From positions 108,445 through 172,444 of the forward strand of contig DCPU01000016.1 of assembly GCA_002323245.1 (NCBI GenBank): 64,000 bases of DNA, read 5' to 3'. Positions within the stretch are counted from its first letter, which is position 1, and the number at the start of each line of letters is the position of its first letter. The position numbers were made by a program, and so were the translations under genes. The stretch is from Mariprofundus sp. UBA1536. Lineage in GTDB: Bacteria; Pseudomonadota; Zetaproteobacteria; Mariprofundales; Mariprofundaceae. Positions 17,833 through 26,745 of this stretch are shown piece after piece. The notes under the pieces are model-generated. The model did not search any database. It had not been told where the DNA came from and saw nothing but the letters and a program-made list of their open reading frames with translations.

Positions 17833-19581
17833 TTATAGCTTGGCCTCGCTAGCTGGCGTGGTTTGCAAACTTGGAAAACCGTTATCCACCAAGCTGTTGA
17901 TATGAATCCAAGTGATGGGGCCAGCCACACCGTCGGGGTTCAGGCCTTGGCCGCGTTGAAAGCTTTTTACTTGGTCTTTAAGACCTGCATCATATGTTAG
18001 GCGCGGCGCGCCAATCCATTGCAGGTGTTCAGCAGCTGAGATTTTTTCAGCCAGCAATTGCACAAGTTTACCTTCATGGCCGGGGCGCACAGGGCCTTGG
18101 TAACCCATAGGCGCGCGCCACAAAATCGTGAAATCGTTATGGCTTTGTAGCACCAACTGGGCAAGGCTGACTTGGGCGGTATCACCCGCCGCTAATATTT
18201 TGGCAGTGGTGCCAGAAAGGGCTGTGATGCTCGCAAAAGTGGTTTGCCCTTGGGCATCCGAAAGGGTCAACACCGCTGGCCGATTGAGGCTGCGCATCTG
18301 CGCAATATCGCCGCGCTGACGCAAGCAGCGCAATTGGTGCGTGCTGGCAAACGCGCATGCTGCGCCATCACGGGCTGCATCATAAGTGATGCCCCAGGCG
18401 GCAAAGATGCTTTCAAAGGCAATGTCTTGCTCGGGAGTGGATGGAATATTAGGCAAGGATAGCATTTCAGGTTGCGCTTTTTGGCTCACAACTTCTTCGG
18501 CGACAACTTCTTCGGCGACAACAGCTTCGACGGCCACTTCTTCGGGTAGTGTTTCGGCAATGATTGCAGCCATGGGATCAGCTTCGATGTCTTGTCGGAG
18601 GGCTGGTTCAGGTTGCTGGGTGATGGTCACAGGCAAAGGTTCAGTGATGGTTGTGTGTACGTTAGTGACCTTGCTTGTTGATGTCTGTAGATTCATCCAA
18701 ATCAATCCAGCGGAAATAAGCAGCAGCGAAGTTGCATAAACCCATAGCATGCTCGCGCCTTGGGGTTTGCTGTGATGACCGCAAACTTCCAGCACAGCTT
18801 GCTTTAAAATCTTTTTACTTACCGTTTTTTGTTCGCAGCTATAAGTGCCAAGCAAAGCGCGATCAGCAATCAGATTCATCAAGCGTGGCACGCCGTGTGT
18901 ATGCTTGTAAAGCAAGTTGATGATGGTTGGGGAGAAGATGCTTTGCTTGTCCAATCCCGCTACGCTGAGACGATGGTTGATGTAGGCATGTGACTCGCTC
19001 TTGCTCAGCGGGGTGAGGTGATAGCGGGCGGTGATGCGTTGGGCGAGTTGGCGCAGCTCTTGGCGTTGCAGCAGCTCGGCCAGTTCGGGTTGTCCGAGCA
19101 ACATGATTTGCAGCAGCTTTTTATCGTTGGTTTCAAGGTTGGTGAGCAAGCGTAGTTGTTCTAACACACTGGGATCAAGGTTCTGCGCTTCATCAATGAT
19201 GACGACCGTGTGCCGCCCCGCTGCGTGTTGCGCCAAGAGGTAATCGTTGAGTAAATCCGTTAAATCTTTGATGCTGTGTTGCGCGGGATAACTGATGTGC
19301 ATCTCATCGCAAATGCTGGCCAGCAGCTCCAGCGATGTAAGTTTGGGATTGATGATATAAGCGATATTGGTTTTATCGGGCACACGCTCAAGCAATCGCC
19401 TGCAAATCGTGGTTTTGCCCGTGCCCACTTCGCCAGTAAGGACCATCACCCCGCCTTCACCCTGCAAGCCATACAGCATATGCGCCAAAGCTTCCTGATG
19501 GCGCTCGCTCATCAACAAATAACGCGGATTGGGCGCAATGGTGAAAGGTTTTTCGCTAAACCCGAAGTAGGCGTTATACAT
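17833..19581 (-). CDS. exeA: ExeA/GspA-type AAA ATPase with C-terminal peptidoglycan-binding domain
   Basis: Walker A LTGEVGTGKTT, Walker B VVIIDEAQNL, a central TM, and C-terminal PG_binding_1-like FQRGQGLNPDGVAGPITW. Confidence 0.88.
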   Translation of the reverse strand: MYNAYFGFSEKPFTIAPNPRYLLMSERHQEALAHMLYGLQGEGGVMVLTGEVGTGKTTICRRLLERVPDKTNIAYIINPKLTSLELLASICDEMHISYPAQHSIKDLTDLLNDYLLAQHAAGRHTVVIIDEAQNLDPSVLEQLRLLTNLETNDKKLLQIMLLGQPELAELLQRQELRQLAQRITARYHLTPLSKSESHAYINHRLSVAGLDKQSIFSPTIINLLYKHTHGVPRLMNLIADRALLGTYSCEQKTVSKKILKQAVLEVCGHHSKPQGASMLWVYATSLLLISAGLIWMNLQTSTSKVTNVHTTITEPLPVTITQQPEPALRQDIEADPMAAIIAETLPEEVAVEAVVAEEVVAEEVVSQKAQPEMLSLPNIPSTPEQDIAFESIFAAWGITYDAARDGAACAFASTHQLRCLRQRGDIAQMRSLNRPAVLTLSDAQGQTTFASITALSGTTAKILAAGDTAQVSLAQLVLQSHNDFTILWRAPMGYQGPVRPGHEGKLVQLLAEKISAAEHLQWIGAPRLTYDAGLKDQVKSFQRGQGLNPDGVAGPITWIHINSLVDNGFPSLQTTPASEAKL

Positions 19582-19605
19582 GGCTAGATATCGTGAAAAC
19601 GGAAT

Positions 19606-19926
19606 TCATATTGCAACCAATATAAGCAAGATTAAATCGCATACAACCTTAAGCTTGTTTCTTTTAATGATTTGTTTTGCTGTGATCACAGTCAACGGGT
19701 GTTTGTTGATGGTCAACACCGCGTTGTATTGCAGACATTTGAAATAGTAATTTTTCCCTACACTTTCTACGGCATCAAGGGGCGTTGATAAAATAATCTT
19801 TTTTAAAAAGACCTCAATTTCAGTATCTGAGAAATGATTGATGGCCAAGTTTTTCCGAACCCTCAAAAAACCAAGTGTAGTGTTTCTAAACTGTTCAGCG
19901 ATAGATGTTTTAAGCGCTTCGTTCAT
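19606..19926 (-). CDS. DUF3781-family protein
   Basis: Pattern NTTLGFLRVRKNL......GKNYY......VLTINKHPLTVITAKQ matches my recollection of the DUF3781 signature. AT-rich gene. Confidence 0.65.
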   Translation of the reverse strand: MNEALKTSIAEQFRNTTLGFLRVRKNLAINHFSDTEIEVFLKKIILSTPLDAVESVGKNYYFKCLQYNAVLTINKHPLTVITAKQIIKRNKLKVVCDLILLILVAI

Positions 19927-20068
19927 TCTTGGAGACTAGGATTGTTGATGAAACTAAAAAGGTTGGAGCGCTTAATTTCTTATTCAGGAAGCTCAATCTA
20001 TGCCAACAAATGAAAAATATAATTTCTATTTGTTTGCATAAACATATTATTATTTTTATTGTAAGCCT

Positions 20069-20506
20069 ATGTTATTCGCTCAAAAGCCATTGCCCACTGC
20101 CATCAAGCAACAAGCTGTTTTGCTTGGTGAAGCAGTTTGCCAAGCGCGAAAAGCTCGTGGCATCAAACAAGCTGAGCTGGCTCAGACCTTGAATATCACC
20201 ATCCCAACCTTGCGCAAGTTGGAGTCGGGCGATGCTTCGGTTGGCCTCAACACCTGCTTTGCAGCGTTATTGAGCTTAAATATTCAAGGCAGTGTGTTGC
20301 AACAAAGCGCCCCAGCATTGTCGCCGCTGCCCAGTATCAGCAAGGATAAACGCAACGAATTTGCTGCCTTGCTCACCCAGCAAGGTTTGTTTGCCAGTGA
20401 TGCAGAAAATGCAGCTTGGTTGTTGGCGCTGACTCCACAGCAGCGCCTTCAAGCGATGATCAATCAGGAAAAGGAGCAGCGCTTATGTGGCATCGCACTC
20501 CGATAG
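20069..20506 (+). CDS. Xre/Cro-type helix-turn-helix transcriptional regulator (putative antitoxin)
   Basis: HTH region ARKARGIKQAELAQTLNITIPTLRKLESG. The 3' end overlaps the next gene by 22 nt. Inverted repeat TGTTTgcatAAACA at 20031-20044 lies just upstream. Confidence 0.8.
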   Translation: MLFAQKPLPTAIKQQAVLLGEAVCQARKARGIKQAELAQTLNITIPTLRKLESGDASVGLNTCFAALLSLNIQGSVLQQSAPALSPLPSISKDKRNEFAALLTQQGLFASDAENAAWLLALTPQQRLQAMINQEKEQRLCGIALR

Positions 20507-20955
20507 AGCAAGCCGTAGCTTTGGTGACTGCCATTGAGCAGCATCATGGCCGCGCCTTGCTCATTGGCGGGGCGGCATTGTTTTTATACGGCAAAGCTCA
20601 ACGCTCCCTGGACTATGATTTGTGGGTACGCATTGCCAACGATGAATTGGTAGAGATTCTAACCGCTCTTGGTTTTGAAATTGGCAGCAATCGCCCCGGC
20701 CTTTTGGTGGCGTATTACGAAGAATGTAAGTTCGATTTTTTCTTGTTCAAACGGGCATATAATCAAGATAAAGAATTGGTGGAATACGATGCCATCGAAG
20801 CCAACGGCAAAACCGTGCAACTCGAAAGCGGTACACTCATTGTGCCATCCATAGCTGACATGATTAAGCTTAAAAAACTCGGCGATGACCTCCGCCCCAA
20901 AGACCTCGAAGATATCGCCTACCTTGAGGCATTGCTGAAAACAGGCATGTCATAA
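20485..20955 (+). CDS. minimal Pol-beta-superfamily nucleotidyltransferase (putative toxin of a TA/Abi-like pair)
   Basis: ATG 20485 is preceded by AAGGAG (20471-20476). NTase signature LLIGGAALFLYGKAQRSLDYDLWV (GG-x-A...G..R...D-x-D). C-terminal ADMIKLKKLGDDLRPKDLEDIAYLE. Confidence 0.7.
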   Translation: MWHRTPIEQAVALVTAIEQHHGRALLIGGAALFLYGKAQRSLDYDLWVRIANDELVEILTALGFEIGSNRPGLLVAYYEECKFDFFLFKRAYNQDKELVEYDAIEANGKTVQLESGTLIVPSIADMIKLKKLGDDLRPKDLEDIAYLEALLKTGMS

Positions 20956-21094
20956 AAAAGAGCAACACGCCCTAATCAGCAACTTCTTGGCCATCTAATT
21001 TATGAATCAAATCTATCGATATATCCCATTATATTTATGAATCGCGGAGGTATACACTGCAGTCAAGCACAGCTTTTGTATGCAGGAGGTTGTT

Positions 21095-21343
21095 ATGAAA
21101 AAAACGATATCGTTTGGCATATTGCACATGACGATTGCTTTTACTGTGGCCTATGCGATGACTGGCAGTTTACTGGTAGGCGGGGCAATCGCCTTGGTTG
21201 AGCCAGCGGTCAATACGGTGGCTTATTTCTTCCATGAGAAATTCTGGGAATCCAAAACTGGTTTTGGTAAGCATCGGTTTGCGGCCATGAAAGCACGCTT
21301 TGAAAATGTGTTGATTCAAGTTTTTGCATCAAGTGCGCGGTAA
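21095..21343 (+). CDS. DUF2061-family small membrane protein
   Basis: AGGAGG RBS at 21083-21088. Pattern KKTISFGILHMTIAFTVAYAMTGSL....EPAVNTVAYFFHEKFWE. Confidence 0.75.
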   Translation: MKKTISFGILHMTIAFTVAYAMTGSLLVGGAIALVEPAVNTVAYFFHEKFWESKTGFGKHRFAAMKARFENVLIQVFASSAR

Positions 21344-22306
21344 GCTATCTCCAATAGTGATAACCACGTTGCCCTTTTTATGACCTGAATCCACATGATG
21401 GTGTGCTTCAGCGATTTGAGAAAGCGGGTAGGTTTTGTCGATTACCGGTTTGATATCGTTAGCCTCAGCGCGCTCACGAAGATAGTTGAGCCCCCCTTTG
21501 GATTCATCGGCAACGCCGCATATCAAGCGTTTGTTGATTAGCGAAGAAAGCTGCGTTTTGAGGCTGGCATTGATGAGAATCAGTTTGCCATCCTTGGCTA
21601 ACATGGGCTCACACTTTGCCCAATGGAGATTGCCCACAGTATCCAGAATGATGTCATAGCAGGCTCCGTGGGTTGTCATATCTTCTTGGGAATAATCGAT
21701 GAGATGATGTGCGCCCAGTGCTTGCACCAAAGGCAAATTGGCTGTGCTGCAAACCCCCGTCACTTCAGCGCCAAAAAACTTGGCCAACTGAACTGCAGCC
21801 GTGCCTACTGCACCTGCTGCGCCATTGATAAGCACTTTCTGCCCTTGCTGGATATTGGCGCAATCGCGCAAGAAATGAAGCGCGGTTAAACCACCAAAAA
21901 TAATGGCTACGGCTTGTTCGTGATTGAGGTTGTCTGGCTTTTTCACCAACGCTGCTTTTTCAGTCAAACACACATATTCGGCATGTGCGCCAAGCTTCAT
22001 GCCTGTGCTGCCATACACCGCATCTCCAACTTGAAATTGATTAACATTTTCGCCGACAGCCACGATTTCACCCGATAGCTCCATACCAGGGATAGCGCGT
22101 TTGGGTTTACTAAAACCAAACGCCAGACGTGATAGCAGCTTAAATCCTGCGGGCACCCGCAATGCGCGCAGCCGCGCATCGCCAGCTGTCACCGTGGATG
22201 CGAATACTTTGATAAGCACTTCGCCTTTTTTGGGGCTGGGCGTAGGGAAGTCTTTGAGTTGGAGTACTTCTGGTCTGCCAAATGCTGTCCAAGCGATAGC
22301 TTTCAT
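21329..22306 (-). CDS. NAD(P)H-dependent quinone oxidoreductase / medium-chain (zinc-type alcohol) dehydrogenase-like protein
   Basis: MDR fold with GAAGAVGTAAVQLAK nucleotide motif and GroES-like N-terminal domain. Convergent 15-nt overlap with the DUF2061 gene. Confidence 0.85.
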   Translation of the reverse strand: MKAIAWTAFGRPEVLQLKDFPTPSPKKGEVLIKVFASTVTAGDARLRALRVPAGFKLLSRLAFGFSKPKRAIPGMELSGEIVAVGENVNQFQVGDAVYGSTGMKLGAHAEYVCLTEKAALVKKPDNLNHEQAVAIIFGGLTALHFLRDCANIQQGQKVLINGAAGAVGTAAVQLAKFFGAEVTGVCSTANLPLVQALGAHHLIDYSQEDMTTHGACYDIILDTVGNLHWAKCEPMLAKDGKLILINASLKTQLSSLINKRLICGVADESKGGLNYLRERAEANDIKPVIDKTYPLSQIAEAHHHVDSGHKKGNVVITIGDSLPRT

Positions 22307-22920
22307 AACACGAGCACCTCACCGTCGCGAAACGTTCTGTAGGGCATGTTATTTGCAGAGCAAATCGCGACCTCTTTTTGGAAAAGCGCCCAATCAGGAT
22401 GTTCGGGTTGATAGTGCGGCATAAACGCGAAATCGAGAATCCCAAGGCCATCCCATATCATCTCGGTGATCTCAGGATAAGGAAGTACACTTGGGTCATC
22501 AGCAATGGCAAAAGCTTTGAGGCTAGGCGAGAGCACACAGCATGCAGCGCTATATCCACCATACGTAAAGTTGTCTGATTTCTGATTTTCTAAGATGAAA
22601 GCATCTAATCCACTCAGCGTCATGGCTTGGCGCAGAACAAACACATTACCACCACTCATCCAGACCCCGCTATACTTGGCAGCCACGTCTCTAAAATCGG
22701 TTCCCTTTTGGAAGAAATCGCGCAGATCAACATGCTCAGCCCGTAGGCCAGCATCATTGAGCTCCTGAATTTCATCTGCAATCCAAGCCTCAAGCCACCC
22801 TTTGTCGGCCGCGTGATCCAAAGCGTTAGCGATATAGGCCACTGGCCTGTCGTTGCCATACAACTCGGCAAGCAAAGGTGCTTTTTCGCCGAGCTTCGAG
22901 GAGGATAAATAGAAGCGCAT
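22303..22920 (-). CDS. peptidase E-like S51 family dipeptidase
   Basis: Motifs MSGGNVFVL and nucleophile region GGYSAAC. 4-nt overlap with the downstream oxidoreductase gene. Confidence 0.75.
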   Translation of the reverse strand: MRFYLSSSKLGEKAPLLAELYGNDRPVAYIANALDHAADKGWLEAWIADEIQELNDAGLRAEHVDLRDFFQKGTDFRDVAAKYSGVWMSGGNVFVLRQAMTLSGLDAFILENQKSDNFTYGGYSAACCVLSPSLKAFAIADDPSVLPYPEITEMIWDGLGILDFAFMPHYQPEHPDWALFQKEVAICSANNMPYRTFRDGEVLVL

Positions 22921-23039
22921 TCAAGTTCTCGTCGATATGTGTTTCTTACCAGCAGCATGAGGCGCCATGATTTCTCCATTGCTCATTGGTTTTCTTGTAA
23001 GTAGAGAGGGTAGCATTCCTAATCTATTAGGCATGAAAG

Positions 23040-24095
23040 TTATGCGGCAACCTTGCTATACCAAGTCGCTCTAGCCTTTCCGTGACGTTCAATAAGCCCA
23101 AGGTTTATGAGCTCAGCCATTCTATTCTTCACAGTAGGCTTGGAAACATTGGTGATTAATGCATAAGCCTCAGATATCGTGATTCTCCCATGCGTATCAA
23201 GGTGCTGCAGAATCACCGAACATTCCTTAGAAAGGTGATTGTATTGTGCTAGGGTATCTGTTTTTGCTTTGAGATGATCTTTCTGCCGTTTTAATGAGCG
23301 TAGAAAGAAGTTCAGCCAGGGTAGCCAGTCAGTTTCACCCTTCAGCGTTTTCTGTGTTCTTTGCAAAGCCAAGTAATAAGCATCTTTATTCTTTTCAACA
23401 ATACTTTCTAATGAGCTGTAGGGAATATAGGCATACCCCGCCTTGAGCATGAGTAGAGAAATCAAAACACGGGAAAGCCTGCCATTTCCATCCTGGAATG
23501 GATGAATGGCCAAAAAGACCACATTAAATACCGCTATCACAATGAGTGGGTGGTAGCTTTTATCTTCTAAGCACTCCCTCGCCCAATATACCAATTCCTG
23601 CATTTGTTTTGGCGTATCAAAAGCTGATGTGGTTTCAAAAACCACACCTAAACTTTTACCTGCCGCATCAAAAGCTTCAACACTGTTTGAGTGCTTTTTA
23701 TATTCGCCTCTATGCCGTGTATCTTTGTTTGAGTGTCTAAGTAAACCGATATGAAGTTGCTTGATATAATTCTCTGAAATTGAAATATGTTCAAAATTCT
23801 CAAACACAGTTTCCATCACTTCAGCATAACCGATGACTTCTTGCTCATCCCTATGGGCAAAAGACTGTTGACCAACCTGGCCTAGTAAAGATTCAATCTC
23901 ATTATCTGAAAGTTTTGAGCCTTCAATGCGGGTAGAGGAACCAATGCTTTCAATCGTAGCCACATGGCGAAGCTTGGTTAGATAATCAGGGTTAAGGTTG
24001 TTTTTTGCCTTCCAGCCACCATTAAATTCATCAATTTCAGAGATGATTCTCAATAGTTCAGGGGTTATGATTAGGTTCGTTAAGTTCATATTCAT
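23040..24095 (-). CDS. class II Fic-family protein (AMPylase-type) with C-terminal winged-HTH
   Basis: Active-site HPFQDGNGRLSR. N-terminal inhibitory-helix motif STRIEG ((S/T)xxxE(G/N)). C-terminal wHTH-like TVKNRMAELINLGLIERHG. Confidence 0.88.
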   Translation of the reverse strand: MNMNLTNLIITPELLRIISEIDEFNGGWKAKNNLNPDYLTKLRHVATIESIGSSTRIEGSKLSDNEIESLLGQVGQQSFAHRDEQEVIGYAEVMETVFENFEHISISENYIKQLHIGLLRHSNKDTRHRGEYKKHSNSVEAFDAAGKSLGVVFETTSAFDTPKQMQELVYWARECLEDKSYHPLIVIAVFNVVFLAIHPFQDGNGRLSRVLISLLMLKAGYAYIPYSSLESIVEKNKDAYYLALQRTQKTLKGETDWLPWLNFFLRSLKRQKDHLKAKTDTLAQYNHLSKECSVILQHLDTHGRITISEAYALITNVSKPTVKNRMAELINLGLIERHGKARATWYSKVAA

Positions 24096-24107
24096 CAGTA
24101 TTATTGG

Positions 24108-24161
24108 TTATCCGCTTATCCGATATTATCCAATTTTATCCAATAATCAAATAAATTATCC
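24108..24161. promoter_or_regulatory. array of five direct TTATCC repeats upstream of the Fic gene
   Basis: TTATCC starts at 24108, 24116, 24126, 24136 and 24156. The last four are in 10-bp register. The array lies 13-66 nt upstream of Fic ATG 24095. Confidence 0.6.
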
Positions 24162-24362
24162 CATGGCATAGTTTTGTCTCGTAAATCCATCTTTGGGAGA
24201 ACTAAAATGGATCTGCTTATAAAATATCAAGTTATGAAAGCCTGGTACCATTTTCCCTTACGTTTTCACCATATATAGACTCAAATAAATTGATTTATAG
24301 GGCATTTGGTGAGATTGTTTTTTTGCTTCACGTTTTCAAACACCCTAGGTCGAAAGCGGATG

Positions 24363-25178
24363 TTAGGATAAGCCGTCATTTTCCCACGCATCTAAATATT
24401 CAGAGAAATGAGGGCGTTGTTCTTTTTCGGATTCGAGGTAGTTGCGCATGCCGAGCATGGCGCGGGCGTAGGCGCTTTCGCTGAGGTCGCCGCGGAAGCG
24501 GAGCCAGCGTAGGAAGAGTAGGGATGTGGTGCAGACATCAGTTTCGCAGTAGTTGCGGATGGCGTCGATTTCTCCGCCTTCAAACATGCCGCGCACATCA
24601 TCGCCGGCGGTGTCTAGCTTGCCAGGGATGCCAAAGGCGGAGGCCACCTCGTGCATGGAGCAGCGCGCTGAGGCACCAAAATCGGAGAGTACTTCTAAAA
24701 GGTCGAGGTGGTAGTTGGTGGAATAACGGCTTTCGTAGTTGTTCCACTTATCACCTTCGCTAAACCAGCGCGGGCAAGATAAGCCGTGCACCATGGCGCG
24801 ATATTTAAGCACGGGCATATCAAAGCCACGGCCATTGAAGCTGACCAGCTGCGGGGCGCGGGATTCGATGATGTTGAAAAAGCCAGCCAACATCTCTGCT
24901 TCGCTGGAATCGGCTTTGCCGCCAGTGGCGATGCGCTTCACAATGACTTCGGAACCATCTTCGCCTGCTTCACGCATCAAATGCACATAGCTAATCGCCA
25001 CCACCTGATGAAAGGGCTGGCGCGGAAAATCATTTTTACCATCGGTCTTGCTCAGGAAATATTCGGAGAGGGCATCTCGGGCTTCGAAATCATCCAATTC
25101 AGGCGCATTCAATAAGCGTCGGGTGGCATCGGCATCGGGCACTGTTTCAATGTCATACACAAAAATCTCACGCTGCAT
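24363..25178 (-). CDS. DEDDy 3'-5' exonuclease related to the PolB exonuclease domain
   Basis: Exo I VYDIETVPD, Exo II FNGRGFDMPVL, Exo III YCETDV. Start overlaps the murJ stop by 11 nt. Confidence 0.8.
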   Translation of the reverse strand: MQREIFVYDIETVPDADATRRLLNAPELDDFEARDALSEYFLSKTDGKNDFPRQPFHQVVAISYVHLMREAGEDGSEVIVKRIATGGKADSSEAEMLAGFFNIIESRAPQLVSFNGRGFDMPVLKYRAMVHGLSCPRWFSEGDKWNNYESRYSTNYHLDLLEVLSDFGASARCSMHEVASAFGIPGKLDTAGDDVRGMFEGGEIDAIRNYCETDVCTTSLLFLRWLRFRGDLSESAYARAMLGMRNYLESEKEQRPHFSEYLDAWENDGLS

Positions 25179-26745
25179 GTTTTTCCCCCCTTTTTATCCC
25201 TTTCAGCAGTTTGCGCTCACCAAGTAACCAGGCGCTGGCAAAAAATACCGCCATGCTGGCCATGACAAGAGTGCTGAGCCAAACAAACTGCATGGTTTTG
25301 CTCTCGCTTGGAAACGCCCAATAGTCTGGGAGATAATAAAGCAGAGCCGCCATTGGAAGGCAAGCCAGCGCCGCAGAAGCCATACGGGTTGAGCTTTTGA
25401 GATCAAAGATGGCGCCTTGTTTTTGATGAAGATGTTTCCACAGTAAACCGACGTTGAAAAACGAGGCCAATGCCGTTGCCAATGCTAGACCCACATAACC
25501 CAGCGGCCCCATCAGGGCGATAGCCAAGACGATATTGGCGACCACCGAATACACAGCATATTTCATCGGCGCTTTGGCATCTTTGCCTGCAAAACAAGCT
25601 GTAGACAACACGCGGCCCCAGCAAAAAGCGAGCAGCCCAAGGGCATAAGCTTGCAGGGCATGGGCGGTGTTGATGGCATCACTGTGGGTGAACTTCCCTT
25701 GCTCAAACAGGGTGCGGATAATGGGCTCGGCCATAAACATCAAGCCCACCACTGCGGGCAGGATAATCCATGTCAGCCATGTGAGCCCTTGGCGCAAATC
25801 ATCGCGGGCATCATCAAGACGTTGGTTGGACATATGTTCAGCAATAGCGGGTAACAAGGCTGTGCCCATGGCGATGCCGAACAGGGCAAGCGGTAGCTGC
25901 ACAATTCTATCGGCATAATACAGATACGAGACAGCGCCAACAGGCAATAGCGTGGCCAAAATGGTGCCGACCAAAATGTTAAACTGCACAGCGGCAATGC
26001 CGAGCACGGCGGGGCCAAAGAGCTGCATGGTGGCAGCAATCGCCGGCAGTTTGGGATTCCATGTAGGTTTGGGAATCCAGCCAATGCGTTTAAGCGCTGG
26101 AAATTGAATCAGCAGTTGAAGTGCACCGCCAAGCAACACACCAATGGCCAAAGCTTCAGCGGGGTTTTCATAAAGGGGTGCTAAAATGATTGCTGCAAAA
26201 ATAATGGCGATATTCAGCAATGCGGGGCTAGCAGCGGCGACTGAGAACTTCCGATACGCATTGAGCACTGCCCAAGCCATGGCGGTGAGTGAAATCAGTG
26301 CCAGATAAGGAAACATGAGTTTGGCCAAATACAGCGCCTGATTCCAGCGGCCGGGCTCATCATAAAAGCCAGGGGCAAAGGCATAGAGCAGCCAGGGCAT
26401 AAACACCATGCCCGCGATGGTGAAAAGCAGCAGGGCTGCGAGCAATAATCCAGCCATAGCATTTAAATACGCATGGGCATCTTCTTCGCCTTTCTTACGC
26501 TCATCCATCAATACGGGCACCAAAGCTACAGTGAGCGTGCCTTCAGCAAACATGCGGCGGAAAAAGTTGGGAAGCTTGAAGGCGACAAAAAATGCATCGG
26601 CAAGCGGGCTGGCGCCAAGCAATCTGGCGATAAAAATATCACGCACAAAACCCAGGATACGCGAAATCATGGTCCAGCTGCCGACTTTCGCCGCAGCTCT
26701 GAACACTTTGCTTTGCTTCATTGACTTCGAGGGTTGCTTATCCAT
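25168..26745 (-). CDS. murJ: lipid II flippase MurJ
   Basis: 525 aa, about 14 TM, N-terminal SRILGFVRDIFIARLLGA, MurJ/MviN family pattern. The true start may be the internal ATG (MKQSK). Confidence 0.9.
   Translation of the reverse strand: MDKQPSKSMKQSKVFRAAAKVGSWTMISRILGFVRDIFIARLLGASPLADAFFVAFKLPNFFRRMFAEGTLTVALVPVLMDERKKGEEDAHAYLNAMAGLLLAALLLFTIAGMVFMPWLLYAFAPGFYDEPGRWNQALYLAKLMFPYLALISLTAMAWAVLNAYRKFSVAAASPALLNIAIIFAAIILAPLYENPAEALAIGVLLGGALQLLIQFPALKRIGWIPKPTWNPKLPAIAATMQLFGPAVLGIAAVQFNILVGTILATLLPVGAVSYLYYADRIVQLPLALFGIAMGTALLPAIAEHMSNQRLDDARDDLRQGLTWLTWIILPAVVGLMFMAEPIIRTLFEQGKFTHSDAINTAHALQAYALGLLAFCWGRVLSTACFAGKDAKAPMKYAVYSVVANIVLAIALMGPLGYVGLALATALASFFNVGLLWKHLHQKQGAIFDLKSSTRMASAALACLPMAALLYYLPDYWAFPSESKTMQFVWLSTLVMASMAVFFASAWLLGERKLLKGIKRGEKHAA

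Larger units (their letters stand above)
19606..24362. other. accessory gene islet (lower GC, mixed orientation, stress/TA/Fic-type cargo) between exeA and the PolB-like exonuclease gene
   Basis: Visibly more AT-rich than the flanks, especially 19.6-20.1 kb and 23.0-24.3 kb. Gene content is unrelated to the flanking housekeeping operons. No integrase, tRNA or flanking direct repeats found. Confidence 0.5.

Noticed and set aside
18487-18546. Four tandem 15-nt repeats (CACAACTTCTTCGGC-like), considered as a possible CRISPR or VNTR
   Set aside because: They lie inside exeA and encode the acidic linker VAEEVVAEEVV. There are no spacers and no cas genes. This is a coding microsatellite at most.
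24108-24161. TTATCC cluster as a DnaA-box cluster / replication origin
   Set aside because: Only the first six bases of the 9-mer DnaA box are present. There is no AT-rich 13-mer unwinding element, no GATC clustering, and no dnaA/dnaN/gidA context. The array sits in the 5' region of an accessory Fic gene.
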